A stretch of DNA of 61,772 bases, the filler included. It is 7 parts of 7 records of this genome, joined end to end, with 100 filler letters (N's around TTAATTAATTAA, not from the genome) between each part and the next. Parts side by side here need not be neighbours in the genome. Positions count along the whole stretch, not along the records: positions 1 to 9,295 come from SRR31156797_24462; 6 more parts are not named here. One strand, written 5' to 3'. This document shows, piece after piece, positions 1-9,295 of this stretch (position 1 is the first letter of the stretch; the number at the start of each line of letters is the position of its first letter). Position numbers and translations under genes: made by a program. The notes beneath the pieces were generated by a model. It saw only the letters and a program-made list of their open reading frames with translations, was not told where the DNA came from and did not search any database.

Positions 1-20
1 AGACGCACGGCCGTGCGTCT
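1..20. repeat. REP-like perfect palindrome AGACGCACGGCCGTGCGTCT at the contig edge
   Basis: Perfect 20-bp palindrome. It resembles the core of GTAG-type REP elements; the left flank is cut off by the contig start. Confidence 0.65.
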
Positions 21-73
21 CAACGAGAATGCGGCCGCGCATTTCCAAATGCTAAAATAAAAACAACAATATC

Positions 74-313
74 ATGAAAACATTCATCAAAACAATCGGC
101 ACATTATTAACCATTACACTATTAACCATTAACATCTCCCTCGCCCAAACGCCTCCCCCTCCCAACGGTGGCGGCAATCCAAGCCAGGGCGGCAACACTC
201 CCGTGGGCGGCGGCGCGCCCATCGGCAGCGGCCTGCTGGTGCTCATCGCAATGGGAGCGGCTTATGGTGGCAAGAAAGTTTATGATTTCCGGAAAAGGAA
301 ACTGGCGGAATAG
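74..313 (+). CDS. Small secreted Pro/Gly-rich protein with PID-CTERM-like sorting signal
   Basis: 79 aa: signal peptide, TPPPPNGGG linker, then APIGSG, hydrophobic helix, GAAYGGKK and basic tail. Confidence 0.8.
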   Translation: MKTFIKTIGTLLTITLLTINISLAQTPPPPNGGGNPSQGGNTPVGGGAPIGSGLLVLIAMGAAYGGKKVYDFRKRKLAE

Positions 314-491
314 ATCAACCTAAAAGTCCTCCGGACAAACAACGCCTTAGCCAAATAAGAATAATTTCCAGTGTGATATGACATGCGGAAATACCCCAGG
401 TCCGGATAAGGTATTAGCCAGATGCTATTTGCCAGATACTGTTATGACTTCAGGCCGGTATAGCGGGATATCGTTGTCTGTGGTTTGCAAA

Positions 492-1670
492 TCAGTAATT
501 TACATGCATTTTCAGCTCGCTCAACTTTGAATAGTAAGCATTTTCCAATTCAAGCAAAGTTGAAGTTGTTTCCCATATGTACTGTGAATCCACAAAATAT
601 TCCACGTATGAGATCTGGCCTGAATCCAACAAACTAAACAGGTTTTCCAAAACCTGTTCATCCTCCAGGATATCTTTCATCTGCATGTATCTCGAATAAA
701 GGCTTTTGGTTTCGTTATATAACAGTTTGATCTTCATTGTGATTTCACTTTCTGTCTGCTGATAATTGGCTTCGGACCAATCATGCTGTAATTCCGCATA
801 TTTCACACCATTGGCATTTTGCCACAAAGGAATTGTAACTCCGGCACGAAAACCCTGCAACTCCTGATCAAAAATGGATTCATATTTGTAACCCGCTTTA
901 AATGTTGGCAGGCTTTTCATTTTTTGGAACCTGATCTGCTTTTCTGATTCGCTAATACTGAGCGTTGCCAATTGAAGTTCGGGATTCTGATCATACAGTT
1001 TTTCAACCAACACTTCAATCGGAGGCAGTTCCGAATACTTAGGATAAGCAACATCAAATTCGCTGATGGATTTTCCACCGTTGAACTGCAACAGGCGTTC
1101 CCAATTTATTTCCATATCCGCATGGATTTTATTCCGATCATTTTCCAGGTTCATAGCGTATATGCGGGCTTTGTCGTACACAGGTTTAGAAATTTGACCA
1201 TTTTCAAATCCCTCATTCATCAATGAAAGCAACTTTTCTGACATATGTATACGTTCATTCAGCTGGGCTTCCTGTTTGGTTAACCAGACCAGCCGAAAAT
1301 ATACTGTGCGAACCCTGTGCAACAATGCGCTTTTTTCTTTGCTGGCTACAACCTCTTTTTGCTCAAACCGCAATTGCTGTATATCAGATTTTGAGGTGTA
1401 ATACCCCGGAAGCCTGAAAGGTTGCATGATTTCAAACTCCTGCTGGTCGCCGGGAGTTTTGGAATTGCCAAAAAGATAATAGTAATCCACTTCGGGATTT
1501 TCAGGATAAATCCCTGTTTTGGCTTTTATTTCTTCAGCAACCATCCACTTTTGCAGTGCAACCAGGCCGGGGTTGTTTCGCTCCACACTGAGCAGAAGGC
1601 TGTCGAGGCCCTGCCCGGCAGTATTTAGCGCTATCGTTATGAATACGATGATATACATTGTTTTTTTCAT
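492..1670 (-). CDS. TolC/CzcC-family outer membrane efflux protein
   Basis: 392 aa, signal peptide, OEP-type repeats (ERNNP, DQNP, GVTIPLW). Last gene of the RND operon, 1 nt from the permease. Confidence 0.9.
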   Translation of the reverse strand: MKKTMYIIVFITIALNTAGQGLDSLLLSVERNNPGLVALQKWMVAEEIKAKTGIYPENPEVDYYYLFGNSKTPGDQQEFEIMQPFRLPGYYTSKSDIQQLRFEQKEVVASKEKSALLHRVRTVYFRLVWLTKQEAQLNERIHMSEKLLSLMNEGFENGQISKPVYDKARIYAMNLENDRNKIHADMEINWERLLQFNGGKSISEFDVAYPKYSELPPIEVLVEKLYDQNPELQLATLSISESEKQIRFQKMKSLPTFKAGYKYESIFDQELQGFRAGVTIPLWQNANGVKYAELQHDWSEANYQQTESEITMKIKLLYNETKSLYSRYMQMKDILEDEQVLENLFSLLDSGQISYVEYFVDSQYIWETTSTLLELENAYYSKLSELKMHVNY

Positions 1671-1671
1671 T

Positions 1672-4600
1672 TTACTTCTCCTTCCTTTTTACAAGAAAAT
1701 ATACAGCCGGAATTACAAATACATTGAGCAGGGTTGACGTGAAGAGTCCCCCAAGGATCACCACCGCCATAGGGCTCTGGATTTCGTTGCCGGGTTTATC
1801 GCCCGCAATCGCAAGCGGTATCAGCGCCAAAGCTGCTGTGAGGGCGGTCATCAGAATGGGATTCAGCCTGTCGAGCGAACCGTGAACGATCGCCCTGTGC
1901 AATGGTTCGCCTTCCTCCTGCAACGCATTGTAACGCGACACCAACAGGATTCCATTCCGTGTGGCGATGCCGAAAAGTGTAATGAAACCGATGATTGCCG
2001 GAATGCTTAACATACCTGAGGTTGCCCAAATGCTGAAAACCCCGCCGATAAGTGCCAGTGGGAGGTTGAGCAGGATAACCGCCGATACGGCCAGGTTGCG
2101 GAACTCCATGTACAGCAAAAGGAAAATTATCAGTATGGCCAGCAGCGAAGTGTAAAACAGCAGCCCGGCCGCTTTTTCTTCGCTCTCGAACTGCCCGCCG
2201 TACTGGATATAGTAGTTCTCGGGCAACCTGATATTTTCGTCGATGGTTTTTTGCACATCAGTTACCACGCTGCGCAGGTCGCGCCCGGATACATTGGCGG
2301 ACACCACCACCTTTCGCTGAACGTTTTCCCTGCTGATGGTGTTGGGTCCGGATGCGGAAACCACATCGGCAACTTCGGAAAGCGCAATTTTTCTTCCGTC
2401 ATGCGTATCGAGCAGGGTATTCTCTACGGCCGCAATGGATGAACGGTAGCGGTCGTTGTAGCGAAGGACAAGGTCAAAACTCTTATTCCCCTCATAAACT
2501 TCCGACACTTCTTCGCCTGCGAATGCCACATCGATAAATTCGGCGAACTCGTTTACCGGGATGCCGTATTGCTTGAGCATTTCCCTTTTTGGTTTGATTT
2601 GCAACTGTGGTATCTCCACCTGTTGTTCCACATTTACATCCACCAGGCCTTCTATGCCTGAAATATCCGATTTTATTTGTGTGGCTATGGAAAACATGTT
2701 GCCAAGGTCGGTTCCAAAAACCTTGATAGCAATGTTTGCCCTGGTGCCTGACAGCATATGGTCGATGCGGTGCGAAAGCGGCTGGCCGATGGTAATGTTT
2801 ATTCCCCTGATGGTTCCAAGGCGGTTGCGCAGTTCTTCCAGAAAATCTTCTTTCGAACGGCCATCCAGCATGAACGGCACATCCACTTCAGATGAAAACA
2901 CACCCTGGGCGTGTTCGTCCAGTTCGGCGCGGCCCGTGCGCCTGACAATGGTACTGATCTCCTCCATTTCGAGCATCTCTTTTTCGAGCATCAGGTTGAT
3001 CCTGTTGCTTTCCTCAAGAGAAGTGCCCGGCAAATTCACCGTGCTGAGTGTAAGCATTCCCTCGTTAAACTCCGGGAGAAAACTACGCCCAAGGCTGAAG
3101 AGGACAAACATGGAAGCGATAAACAGCAGGCCTGCTGCTGCGATCAACGTCTTTTTATAGGTGAGGGCATACTCCAGGACGATGCCGTATCTCTTGTTCA
3201 GCCACCGCACCCAACGTGTTCCGGTTTGATGCGCCGACAATTGTTTTTTGCCGGTGAGCAGATAGCTGCATAAAACCGGTGTAAGGGTGATGGCCACTAT
3301 CAACGAGGCAAAAAGCGAAACAATGAACGAAATTCCAAGCGGCCTGAGCATGCGTCCTTCCATTCCCGAAAGGAAAAATAACGGAATAAAAGCCACGATG
3401 ATGATCAATGTTGCATTGAGGATGGAAGCCCTGATTTCTTTGGAGGCATTGTAGATCACTTTCAGTTTTGCCTCCTGCCTGCCGGGCGGTTTTTGGGCAT
3501 TTTCCCTCAGTCGCTTCAATACATTGTCCACATCAATAATGGCATCGTCAACCAGCACTCCAATGGCAATGGCCATACCACCCAGTGACATTGTGTTGAT
3601 GGTAAGGCCGAGCACTTTAAGCGTGATAACCGATACCAGCAGGGACAATGGTATGGCGATTAGTGAAATGGCGGTAGTCCTTACATTCATCAAAAAAATA
3701 AAAAGTATGATGCTGACAAATAACCCGCCTTCGAGCAGTGCCCATGTAACGTTATCGATGGCCCGCTGAATAAAATCTGCCTGCCTGAATATATCCGTCC
3801 TGATGTTCAGATGGTCCGGCAGTGTTTTTTTTAGATCCGCCATGGCCGCATCAATGCGTTCGGTAAGTTCCAGTGTGTTGGTGTTGGGTTGCTTTAAAAC
3901 GGTCATCACTACGGCCGGTTGGCTGTTGAGATATCCGGCCCCGATCCTGGGTGCTGCTCCCGTTTTTACGGTTGCCACATCGTTGATGGCAATGGGTTGT
4001 CCGTTTTTTATTTTTACGACCGAGTTGCCGATATCCGTCAGGTTATTGGTACGGATCACGCCGCGTATCACAAACTCATTGCCAAAATCGTTCACGAAAC
4101 TACCGGTTGCATTCTGGTTGAGTTGTTCAGAGGCTTTGACAAGTTCCGTGAAGCTAACCCCGTGGTAATCCATTTTTTCAGGATCGGCTTCAATGATGTA
4201 TTGTTTGTATTCGCCGCCGATAACCACCACCTGCGATACCCCGCCAATCGACAGCAGTCGGTTGCGTACCTGCCAGTCGGAAATGGTACGGAGTTCCATC
4301 GGGCCCAGCGAATCCGAGGTAATGGTGATGAGCATTATTTCGCCAATAATCGACGACTGCGGAGCGAGCGTGGGATTTCCCGCATTTTTGGGTAAACGCT
4401 CTGCCACTGTGGCCAGTTTTTCGCTTACGATCTGTCGTGCCTTGAATATGTCGGTGTTCCATTCGAAATCCACCCAAACAATGGAGATTCCGGTTGCGGA
4501 GGATGAACGCACCCTGCGGACGTTGGTGGCCCCGTTAACGGCTGTTTCGATGGGAAACGTTACCAGTCGCTCCACCTCCTCAGTTGCCATTCCGTGGGCT

Positions 4601-4755
4601 TCGGTCAACACCACCACCGACGGGGCTGTAAGATCTGGAAACACATCCACATCCATCCTTGTGGCCACATAGCTTCCACCGATCAGCAGGATGAAAGCCA
4701 GGAACATGATCAGGTGCCTGTTCCTTAATGAATAATCTATGATTCTGTTCAGCAT
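1672..4755 (-). CDS. CusA/CzcA-family heavy-metal efflux RND permease
   Basis: 1027 aa with DVFPDL, EEVERLVTFPIE, TM4 GVLVDDAII, FLPEFNEG and RLNPILMTALT motifs. Confidence 0.95.
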   Translation of the reverse strand: MLNRIIDYSLRNRHLIMFLAFILLIGGSYVATRMDVDVFPDLTAPSVVVLTEAHGMATEEVERLVTFPIETAVNGATNVRRVRSSSATGISIVWVDFEWNTDIFKARQIVSEKLATVAERLPKNAGNPTLAPQSSIIGEIMLITITSDSLGPMELRTISDWQVRNRLLSIGGVSQVVVIGGEYKQYIIEADPEKMDYHGVSFTELVKASEQLNQNATGSFVNDFGNEFVIRGVIRTNNLTDIGNSVVKIKNGQPIAINDVATVKTGAAPRIGAGYLNSQPAVVMTVLKQPNTNTLELTERIDAAMADLKKTLPDHLNIRTDIFRQADFIQRAIDNVTWALLEGGLFVSIILFIFLMNVRTTAISLIAIPLSLLVSVITLKVLGLTINTMSLGGMAIAIGVLVDDAIIDVDNVLKRLRENAQKPPGRQEAKLKVIYNASKEIRASILNATLIIIVAFIPLFFLSGMEGRMLRPLGISFIVSLFASLIVAITLTPVLCSYLLTGKKQLSAHQTGTRWVRWLNKRYGIVLEYALTYKKTLIAAAGLLFIASMFVLFSLGRSFLPEFNEGMLTLSTVNLPGTSLEESNRINLMLEKEMLEMEEISTIVRRTGRAELDEHAQGVFSSEVDVPFMLDGRSKEDFLEELRNRLGTIRGINITIGQPLSHRIDHMLSGTRANIAIKVFGTDLGNMFSIATQIKSDISGIEGLVDVNVEQQVEIPQLQIKPKREMLKQYGIPVNEFAEFIDVAFAGEEVSEVYEGNKSFDLVLRYNDRYRSSIAAVENTLLDTHDGRKIALSEVADVVSASGPNTISRENVQRKVVVSANVSGRDLRSVVTDVQKTIDENIRLPENYYIQYGGQFESEEKAAGLLFYTSLLAILIIFLLLYMEFRNLAVSAVILLNLPLALIGGVFSIWATSGMLSIPAIIGFITLFGIATRNGILLVSRYNALQEEGEPLHRAIVHGSLDRLNPILMTALTAALALIPLAIAGDKPGNEIQSPMAVVILGGLFTSTLLNVFVIPAVYFLVKRKEK

Positions 4756-4766
4756 AACTTCCTGGT

Positions 4767-6284
4767 TTAGTGGGTATGACCATGTAAGGGCAGTTCGCCG
4801 GCAAGTGCCGCCAGTTTGATCTGGTACGCACCCCGGGTAACAATTCGTTCACCCGGCGAGAGGCCGGAAACGACTTCTGCCAGTTGTCCGTCACTGCCTC
4901 CGGGTTCCACCTGTCGTTTTACGAATGATTCGCCACCGGTTTGAACAAATACGAAATATTGCCCCTGCTCTTCGATGATGGCCGATAACGGCACAACCAG
5001 TGCCTGGTCTTTTTTCCCGGTTTTTAGAAAAGTTTCCAGGAACATTCCCGGCATCAGTTTGCCGTTGTTTTCAATGCTGAAAGCCACGGGGATGCGTGTG
5101 TGATGTTCATTTACAAAGGCGTTTTTTGAAATGATTTGCCCGCCGGTTTCCGAAAGTGCGATGATTTCATCCTTGTCGATCAGGAAGTTTGCATCGAAAA
5201 TGCCGTTTACTTTTTGGAAGTCAGACGGGTTTACATATGCCTCAATAAGCAGTTGATTCGTTTCGGCCACCGTGATCAGGGGAGACCCGCTTTCTGCAAA
5301 CTGTCCGTTTGAAACCATAATCCTGGTTACAATTCCGTCCATCGGGGCTATGATTTTTAATCCGTTTTGTGACACCAGTCCCGTCAATTGATAGTATCGC
5401 AGTGAATCCTGTTGATAGCGGGTTTTTGTTTCCAGAAATTCCTTTTGTGAAACCAGCTGTTTTTCCGCCAAAGGTTTTAAACGTAGGTAATCCGACCGGC
5501 TGCGCTCGAACGCGATTTTGCGCTCGTTCAGTTTCAGGGTGGTATTGTTTTCGATACCGGATCCCGTAACCAGTGCCAGTAAATCACCCTGCTCTACCGA
5601 TTCTCCGGGCACCGCCAGTATCTGAACTGTACCCGCCGTTTGTGCATTGAGGGTGATTTCCGCCCGTGGCTTGTGTTTTACTTTTGCCGAAGTGTGGATC
5701 ACCGAGTAAAATGGTTGAGGCTGAATTTCAGCGGTATGAAATTCGGTTTTCCAGGCCTGCTCTTTTAAATAGGTAACAGCGTCACTTTGTTCCTCCTGCA
5801 TGGGAGCATGCGCTGCCTCATCTGCGGTGGCGTAAACCTCAACCGACGGGATTTTGAACCTTACATCACCGCTACTGCTTTCCAGCTGAAAAAACATTTG
5901 ATAGGTACCCGCCTCCTTTGGTTGCAGTGCCGGACGAAAAATGCCCGGGGAGGAGGGGGCGTCAACCTTATGCCGCAAGCCGCGGCCATCTTTCACAATG
6001 CTTACGGTTAATTGCCCTTCAGTTACAGGTTTATAATCTTCCATTCTTGTGAAATGCGCTGCAAATTCACTGGTTTGGCCTACCACCAGTGCGGGAAATT
6101 CCACGAATAATTCATACCCGCCCGTGAAAAGGGTATAACTCATTGTGCCTTCGCCGTGCTCATGGTCATCATGGTCACTGCTGCCGCCAATGGTATCATG
6201 CGTGTGTCCGCCCGTATTGCTTTTATTACAGGCCCCCATCGTGATCACCAGTATGAAGGCCAGCATGTATTTTATTTTATTCAT
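4767..6284 (-). CDS. RND periplasmic adaptor (CzcB/CusB-like) lipoprotein with His-rich N-terminus
   Basis: Lipobox MGAC, His/Asp patch, APMDGIV, GMF, VPLSAI, GLSPGERIV, C-terminal HGHTH. Confidence 0.9.
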   Translation of the reverse strand: MNKIKYMLAFILVITMGACNKSNTGGHTHDTIGGSSDHDDHEHGEGTMSYTLFTGGYELFVEFPALVVGQTSEFAAHFTRMEDYKPVTEGQLTVSIVKDGRGLRHKVDAPSSPGIFRPALQPKEAGTYQMFFQLESSSGDVRFKIPSVEVYATADEAAHAPMQEEQSDAVTYLKEQAWKTEFHTAEIQPQPFYSVIHTSAKVKHKPRAEITLNAQTAGTVQILAVPGESVEQGDLLALVTGSGIENNTTLKLNERKIAFERSRSDYLRLKPLAEKQLVSQKEFLETKTRYQQDSLRYYQLTGLVSQNGLKIIAPMDGIVTRIMVSNGQFAESGSPLITVAETNQLLIEAYVNPSDFQKVNGIFDANFLIDKDEIIALSETGGQIISKNAFVNEHHTRIPVAFSIENNGKLMPGMFLETFLKTGKKDQALVVPLSAIIEEQGQYFVFVQTGGESFVKRQVEPGGSDGQLAEVVSGLSPGERIVTRGAYQIKLAALAGELPLHGHTH

Positions 6285-6304
6285 TTTGTCATTTTTAATG
6301 TAAA

Positions 6305-6347
6305 GCCCGGAGCAGAAATATGTTAAATATATCCCTGCTATCCGGGC
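6305..6347 (-). other. Intercistronic stem-loop
   Basis: GCCCGGAGCAG...CTGCTATCCGGGC inverted repeat between the His-rich lipoprotein and adaptor genes. Confidence 0.45.
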
Positions 6348-6360
6348 CTGGAAAAATTAA

Positions 6361-6630
6361 TTAATGCTGATGTCCATCGTCGTGGTCATGGTCATGTTGG
6401 TCATGATCGTGGTGGTCATCGGTACCGGAATGTTTCGTGGTATCCTCCACCATAAATTCTTCCTGTCCGGTGTGTTCGTGATCGTGTTCATGGTCGTCGT
6501 GTGCATGATCGTGTGTTTCAGTACCGTGATCATGTCCGTGGTCGTCGCTTTGGCTGGTATTTGAACCGCATGAAGCAGCCATCAAAACCATGTACAACGA
6601 AATTACCATTACATAAATGAATCGTTTCAT
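6361..6630 (-). CDS. His/Asp-rich lipoprotein, putative metal-binding protein
   Basis: 89 aa, lipobox MAASC, about 19 His in HxH repeats, directly upstream of the adaptor gene. Confidence 0.8.
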   Translation of the reverse strand: MKRFIYVMVISLYMVLMAASCGSNTSQSDDHGHDHGTETHDHAHDDHEHDHEHTGQEEFMVEDTTKHSGTDDHHDHDQHDHDHDDGHQH

Positions 6631-6775
6631 AGTAAGTAAGTTTATTGTTCAACAATATTTGAAATTGATGCCGGCAACCGCACAACCTGTGTACAGCTTT
6701 GCCGGGATATACCCATCAGAATAAGGCCGGAGAGGGGTTTAATCTACCGGTAGTAAAAATAAAAATGTTTGAATT

Positions 6776-7240
6776 TCAGGAAATAGCAGGCGGGCCCCGC
6801 AGGCTTACAGCCCCGTGTTCAAATTTGGATTTTATCGGGAAGGGATTATCCGCAAAGTGCGTTTCTACTGCTTCGGGTGGTTTTGCCGAAATGAATAGAT
6901 GCGGAGTGAGGTAAACCACTGCGGATAAAACCTCACTGACCGAAGTATTTTGCTTTAAGCTAAATCTTGCATAATCGAAATTGCCGTGAGTAGAAAAGTG
7001 TTGGTGATAAGGAAAATTATGCTGGTGGTTATCGTCGGCAGTATCCTGCTCATTGTCGTGGTGGCTGTCCGGTTCATGGTGATGACGCCCGGAGGTGTGA
7101 TGGTGATGATCGTGATTTTGGGTGTGTAATTCTGCGTATTCATCTACAATAGCATCGTGATGGTGGTGCGGGATCAGGTCATGCCCGAGCACCATCAAAA
7201 ATGATAAAAGAGTTATTATGGCGTAGATTCGCAATTTCAC
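6776..7240 (-). CDS. His-rich membrane-targeted leader protein ending in LRGPPAIS (candidate arrest peptide)
   Basis: N-terminal hydrophobic segment, PHHHH, 24 His, C-terminal RGPP. Start placed at GTG 7240 because a Bacteroidota -7 box lies just upstream; the ORF track starts at 7270. Confidence 0.75.
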   Translation of the reverse strand: MKLRIYAIITLLSFLMVLGHDLIPHHHHDAIVDEYAELHTQNHDHHHHTSGRHHHEPDSHHDNEQDTADDNHQHNFPYHQHFSTHGNFDYARFSLKQNTSVSEVLSAVVYLTPHLFISAKPPEAVETHFADNPFPIKSKFEHGAVSLRGPPAIS

Positions 7241-7245
7241 AGGTG

Positions 7246-7253
7246 CAAAAATA
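7246..7253 (-). promoter_or_regulatory. Bacteroidota sigma-A -7 element (TAnnTTTG) for the efflux operon
   Basis: TATTTTTG on the minus strand 5 nt before the GTG, implying a leaderless or near-leaderless mRNA. Confidence 0.6.
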
Positions 7254-7486
7254 GGTTTTTCTATTAACAAACATGACTAAGATATAGTTCAGCAAACAAT
7301 CCCCCGGAGGCATTTATCCTACGGCGCTTCATATGAAACCGACCGGCTGATTCATGAGCTATCTTACTTTCGGCAGAAACCCGGGCGGAGGATTTAGCGG
7401 GTTTTAAGAATCCTATTTCCACAACCCATTCGCCAAATTGCTGCCATTTTACAATCTTTCCGCTTCTTGCTATTTTTTTAAATAAT

Positions 7487-8340
7487 ATGTCAGCTAAAAA
7501 ACCGGGACTTCTTTTATTATTTTTTCATGTGCCAAATCTGCTGCTCGCCCAGGTCAAGCGCATCGGGATGCCGTTTACGAGGAACTATGATACTACTTCC
7601 ATTCAGGCTGGTTCACAAACCTGGATGATTGATATCAGCCCGGATGGGCTGGCATATTTTGCCAACAGCGACGGTGTGGTAGAGTTCAGCGGACTCAACT
7701 GGTGAAAATATCCCATGCCCAACTTTACGGTGGTAAGGAGTGTGAAAGTATCCCCTGACGGCAAAATATTTGCAGGGGTATTCAATCAGTTCGGCAATTA
7801 TTATCCAGATGAGCGTGGCAATATGGTTTTTAAACCGATGCATGAGTTACTTCCCGAAAATGGGCGGAGCTTCGAGGATATCTGGCGGATCTACGATATG
7901 CCCGTCGTCATTGTATTACAGACTTTCCAGCAATTGATGATATACAATAATGGAGCGATAAAAACCATTGAACCTCCCGGTACCTTTCATTTTTCGTTTT
8001 TGGTTAAAGGCGAGCTTTACATCAATAATCCCGAAGAAGGGCTCTACAGGCTGGCAGGCGAGCGCCTTGTGAAAGTGCCCGGCATGGGTTTGCTGAAAGG
8101 TAAACTTTTATGGTCTATCCTCCCGAAAGGAGATAACATACTGGTGGCCACCGCCAGTGAAGGCATTTACGAATTCGACGGGGTAAAACTTAAGCCCTGA
8201 TAAAAACCTGCTGCAAAGTTTTTACAGGAAAACCAGGTGTATTGCGGCCGGCAGTTCTACGAAACCACTTACATTTTCGGCACCCTCCAGGATGGGTTGC
8301 TGATATGTGACACATTAGGGAAAATAATGCAGCATATAGA
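7487..8340 (+). pseudogene. Disrupted N-terminal part of a beta-propeller (two-component regulator propeller type) sensor gene
   Basis: ORFs at 7487, 7715 and 8237 share one frame, broken by TGA 7703-7705 and TGA-TAA 8198-8203. Typical propeller motifs: QTWMI, YFANSDG, FGTLQDGL. Confidence 0.75.
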
Positions 8341-8917
8341 CCTCGTCCCTTCCTACGATGCCGCAAAATTTAAAGGAAACCCCAGTCTTGCACTCTACAC
8401 CAAACTGGTGGATGACAACGGCAAGGACTTTGCCGTGCAGGCACTCCCCGACCATAACATCGGGGATTACATTATTCCCATTGGTGTGGATGTAGCCGAA
8501 AGCGGCGTATTTGAAATCTCAGCAACACAGGAAAAGTTCGAAAATTACAGCCTCATTCTCCAAGACAGGCAGGAAAATACTTTTATTGACTTGCGATGGG
8601 AAACTTATTTCGCCGCCATCAGCGAAAGCGGAACCGGAAGATTCTTCCTTCATTTTAAAGATGCTACAACCATTGGTGAAATTACCCCTGAAACAAAGAT
8701 CAATTTCAGGGTTCTGGATAGGAAAACCATAATTGAAAATCCCGATCGGGAAAAGGGAACTATCAGTTTAGTGAATGTTTCGGGGCAGATAATTAATAGC
8801 ATAGATTTAAATGGAAATTCTACACAGGAGTTTAAAAAACATACGGTGAGCGGGATTTATATTATCTCGATTCAAACAGATATAGCTCATGTGAGCAGGA
8901 AAGTTTTTATAAAATAA
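8341..8917 (+). pseudogene. C-terminal fragment of a T9SS type-A sorting domain protein, fused in frame to the propeller remnant
   Basis: YDAAKFKGNPSLALYTKLV...LQD...DL...RFFLHF, then a CTD (NVSGQ, SGIYII, KVFIK). Junction position is approximate. Confidence 0.7.
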
Positions 8918-8940
8918 ACTAAGAATCAGAACGCGAATAA

Positions 8941-9033
8941 CACAGATTTTACAGATAAAGCACAGATCAAAAAACTGACAAACCTGACAGGCCTTTGCCG
9001 AAGGCATCGCTATGCGAGATGATCTGTCAGGTT
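8941..9033. repeat. Three ACAGAT direct repeats followed by a REP-like inverted repeat AACCTGACAG...CTGTCAGGTT
   Basis: ACAGAT at 8942, 8951 and 8962; perfect 10-bp inverted repeat 8981-8990 / 9024-9033. Confidence 0.6.
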
Positions 9034-9048
9034 AAAAAAACTATAGAC

Positions 9049-9276
9049 ATGAAAACATTCATTAAACTATTAACGATAACTTTAATAACACTAAATTCAA
9101 TCGCCCTATACGCCGGCGCACCTCCTCCTCCACCCCCACCAGGGCATGGCAGCAGCGGAAACGTCGCCGGCGGCGGCGCACCCATTGCCGGCGGTATTGG
9201 AATCCTGCTTGCGCTGGGCGCAGCTTATGGCGGGAAGAAGGTGTATAACATGCAAAAAAGGAAATTTGCAGAATAG
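9049..9276 (+). CDS. Small secreted poly-Pro protein with PID-CTERM-like sorting signal (paralog of 74-313)
   Basis: 75 aa from ATG 9049 (MKTFIK), APPPPPPP, APIAGG, hydrophobic helix, GAAYGGKKVY...RKFAE. Confidence 0.8.
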   Translation: MKTFIKLLTITLITLNSIALYAGAPPPPPPPGHGSSGNVAGGGAPIAGGIGILLALGAAYGGKKVYNMQKRKFAE

Positions 9277-9295
9277 GTACTCAGCCTTAGTTCTT

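Noticed and set aside
6631-6775. NiCo or other known riboswitch before the efflux genes
   Set aside because: Hairpins are present, but I cannot match the four-way-junction consensus; kept only as unspecified structure.
7703-8203. TGA recoding (Trp or Sec) in the propeller gene
   Set aside because: The second TGA is followed at once by TAA, and other genes on the contig use TGA as a stop. Pseudogenisation is simpler.
1-9295. Efflux operon as a mobile element bounded by the two PID-CTERM-like genes
   Set aside because: The two genes are diverged paralogs, not exact direct repeats, and no transposase, integrase or target-site duplication is visible.
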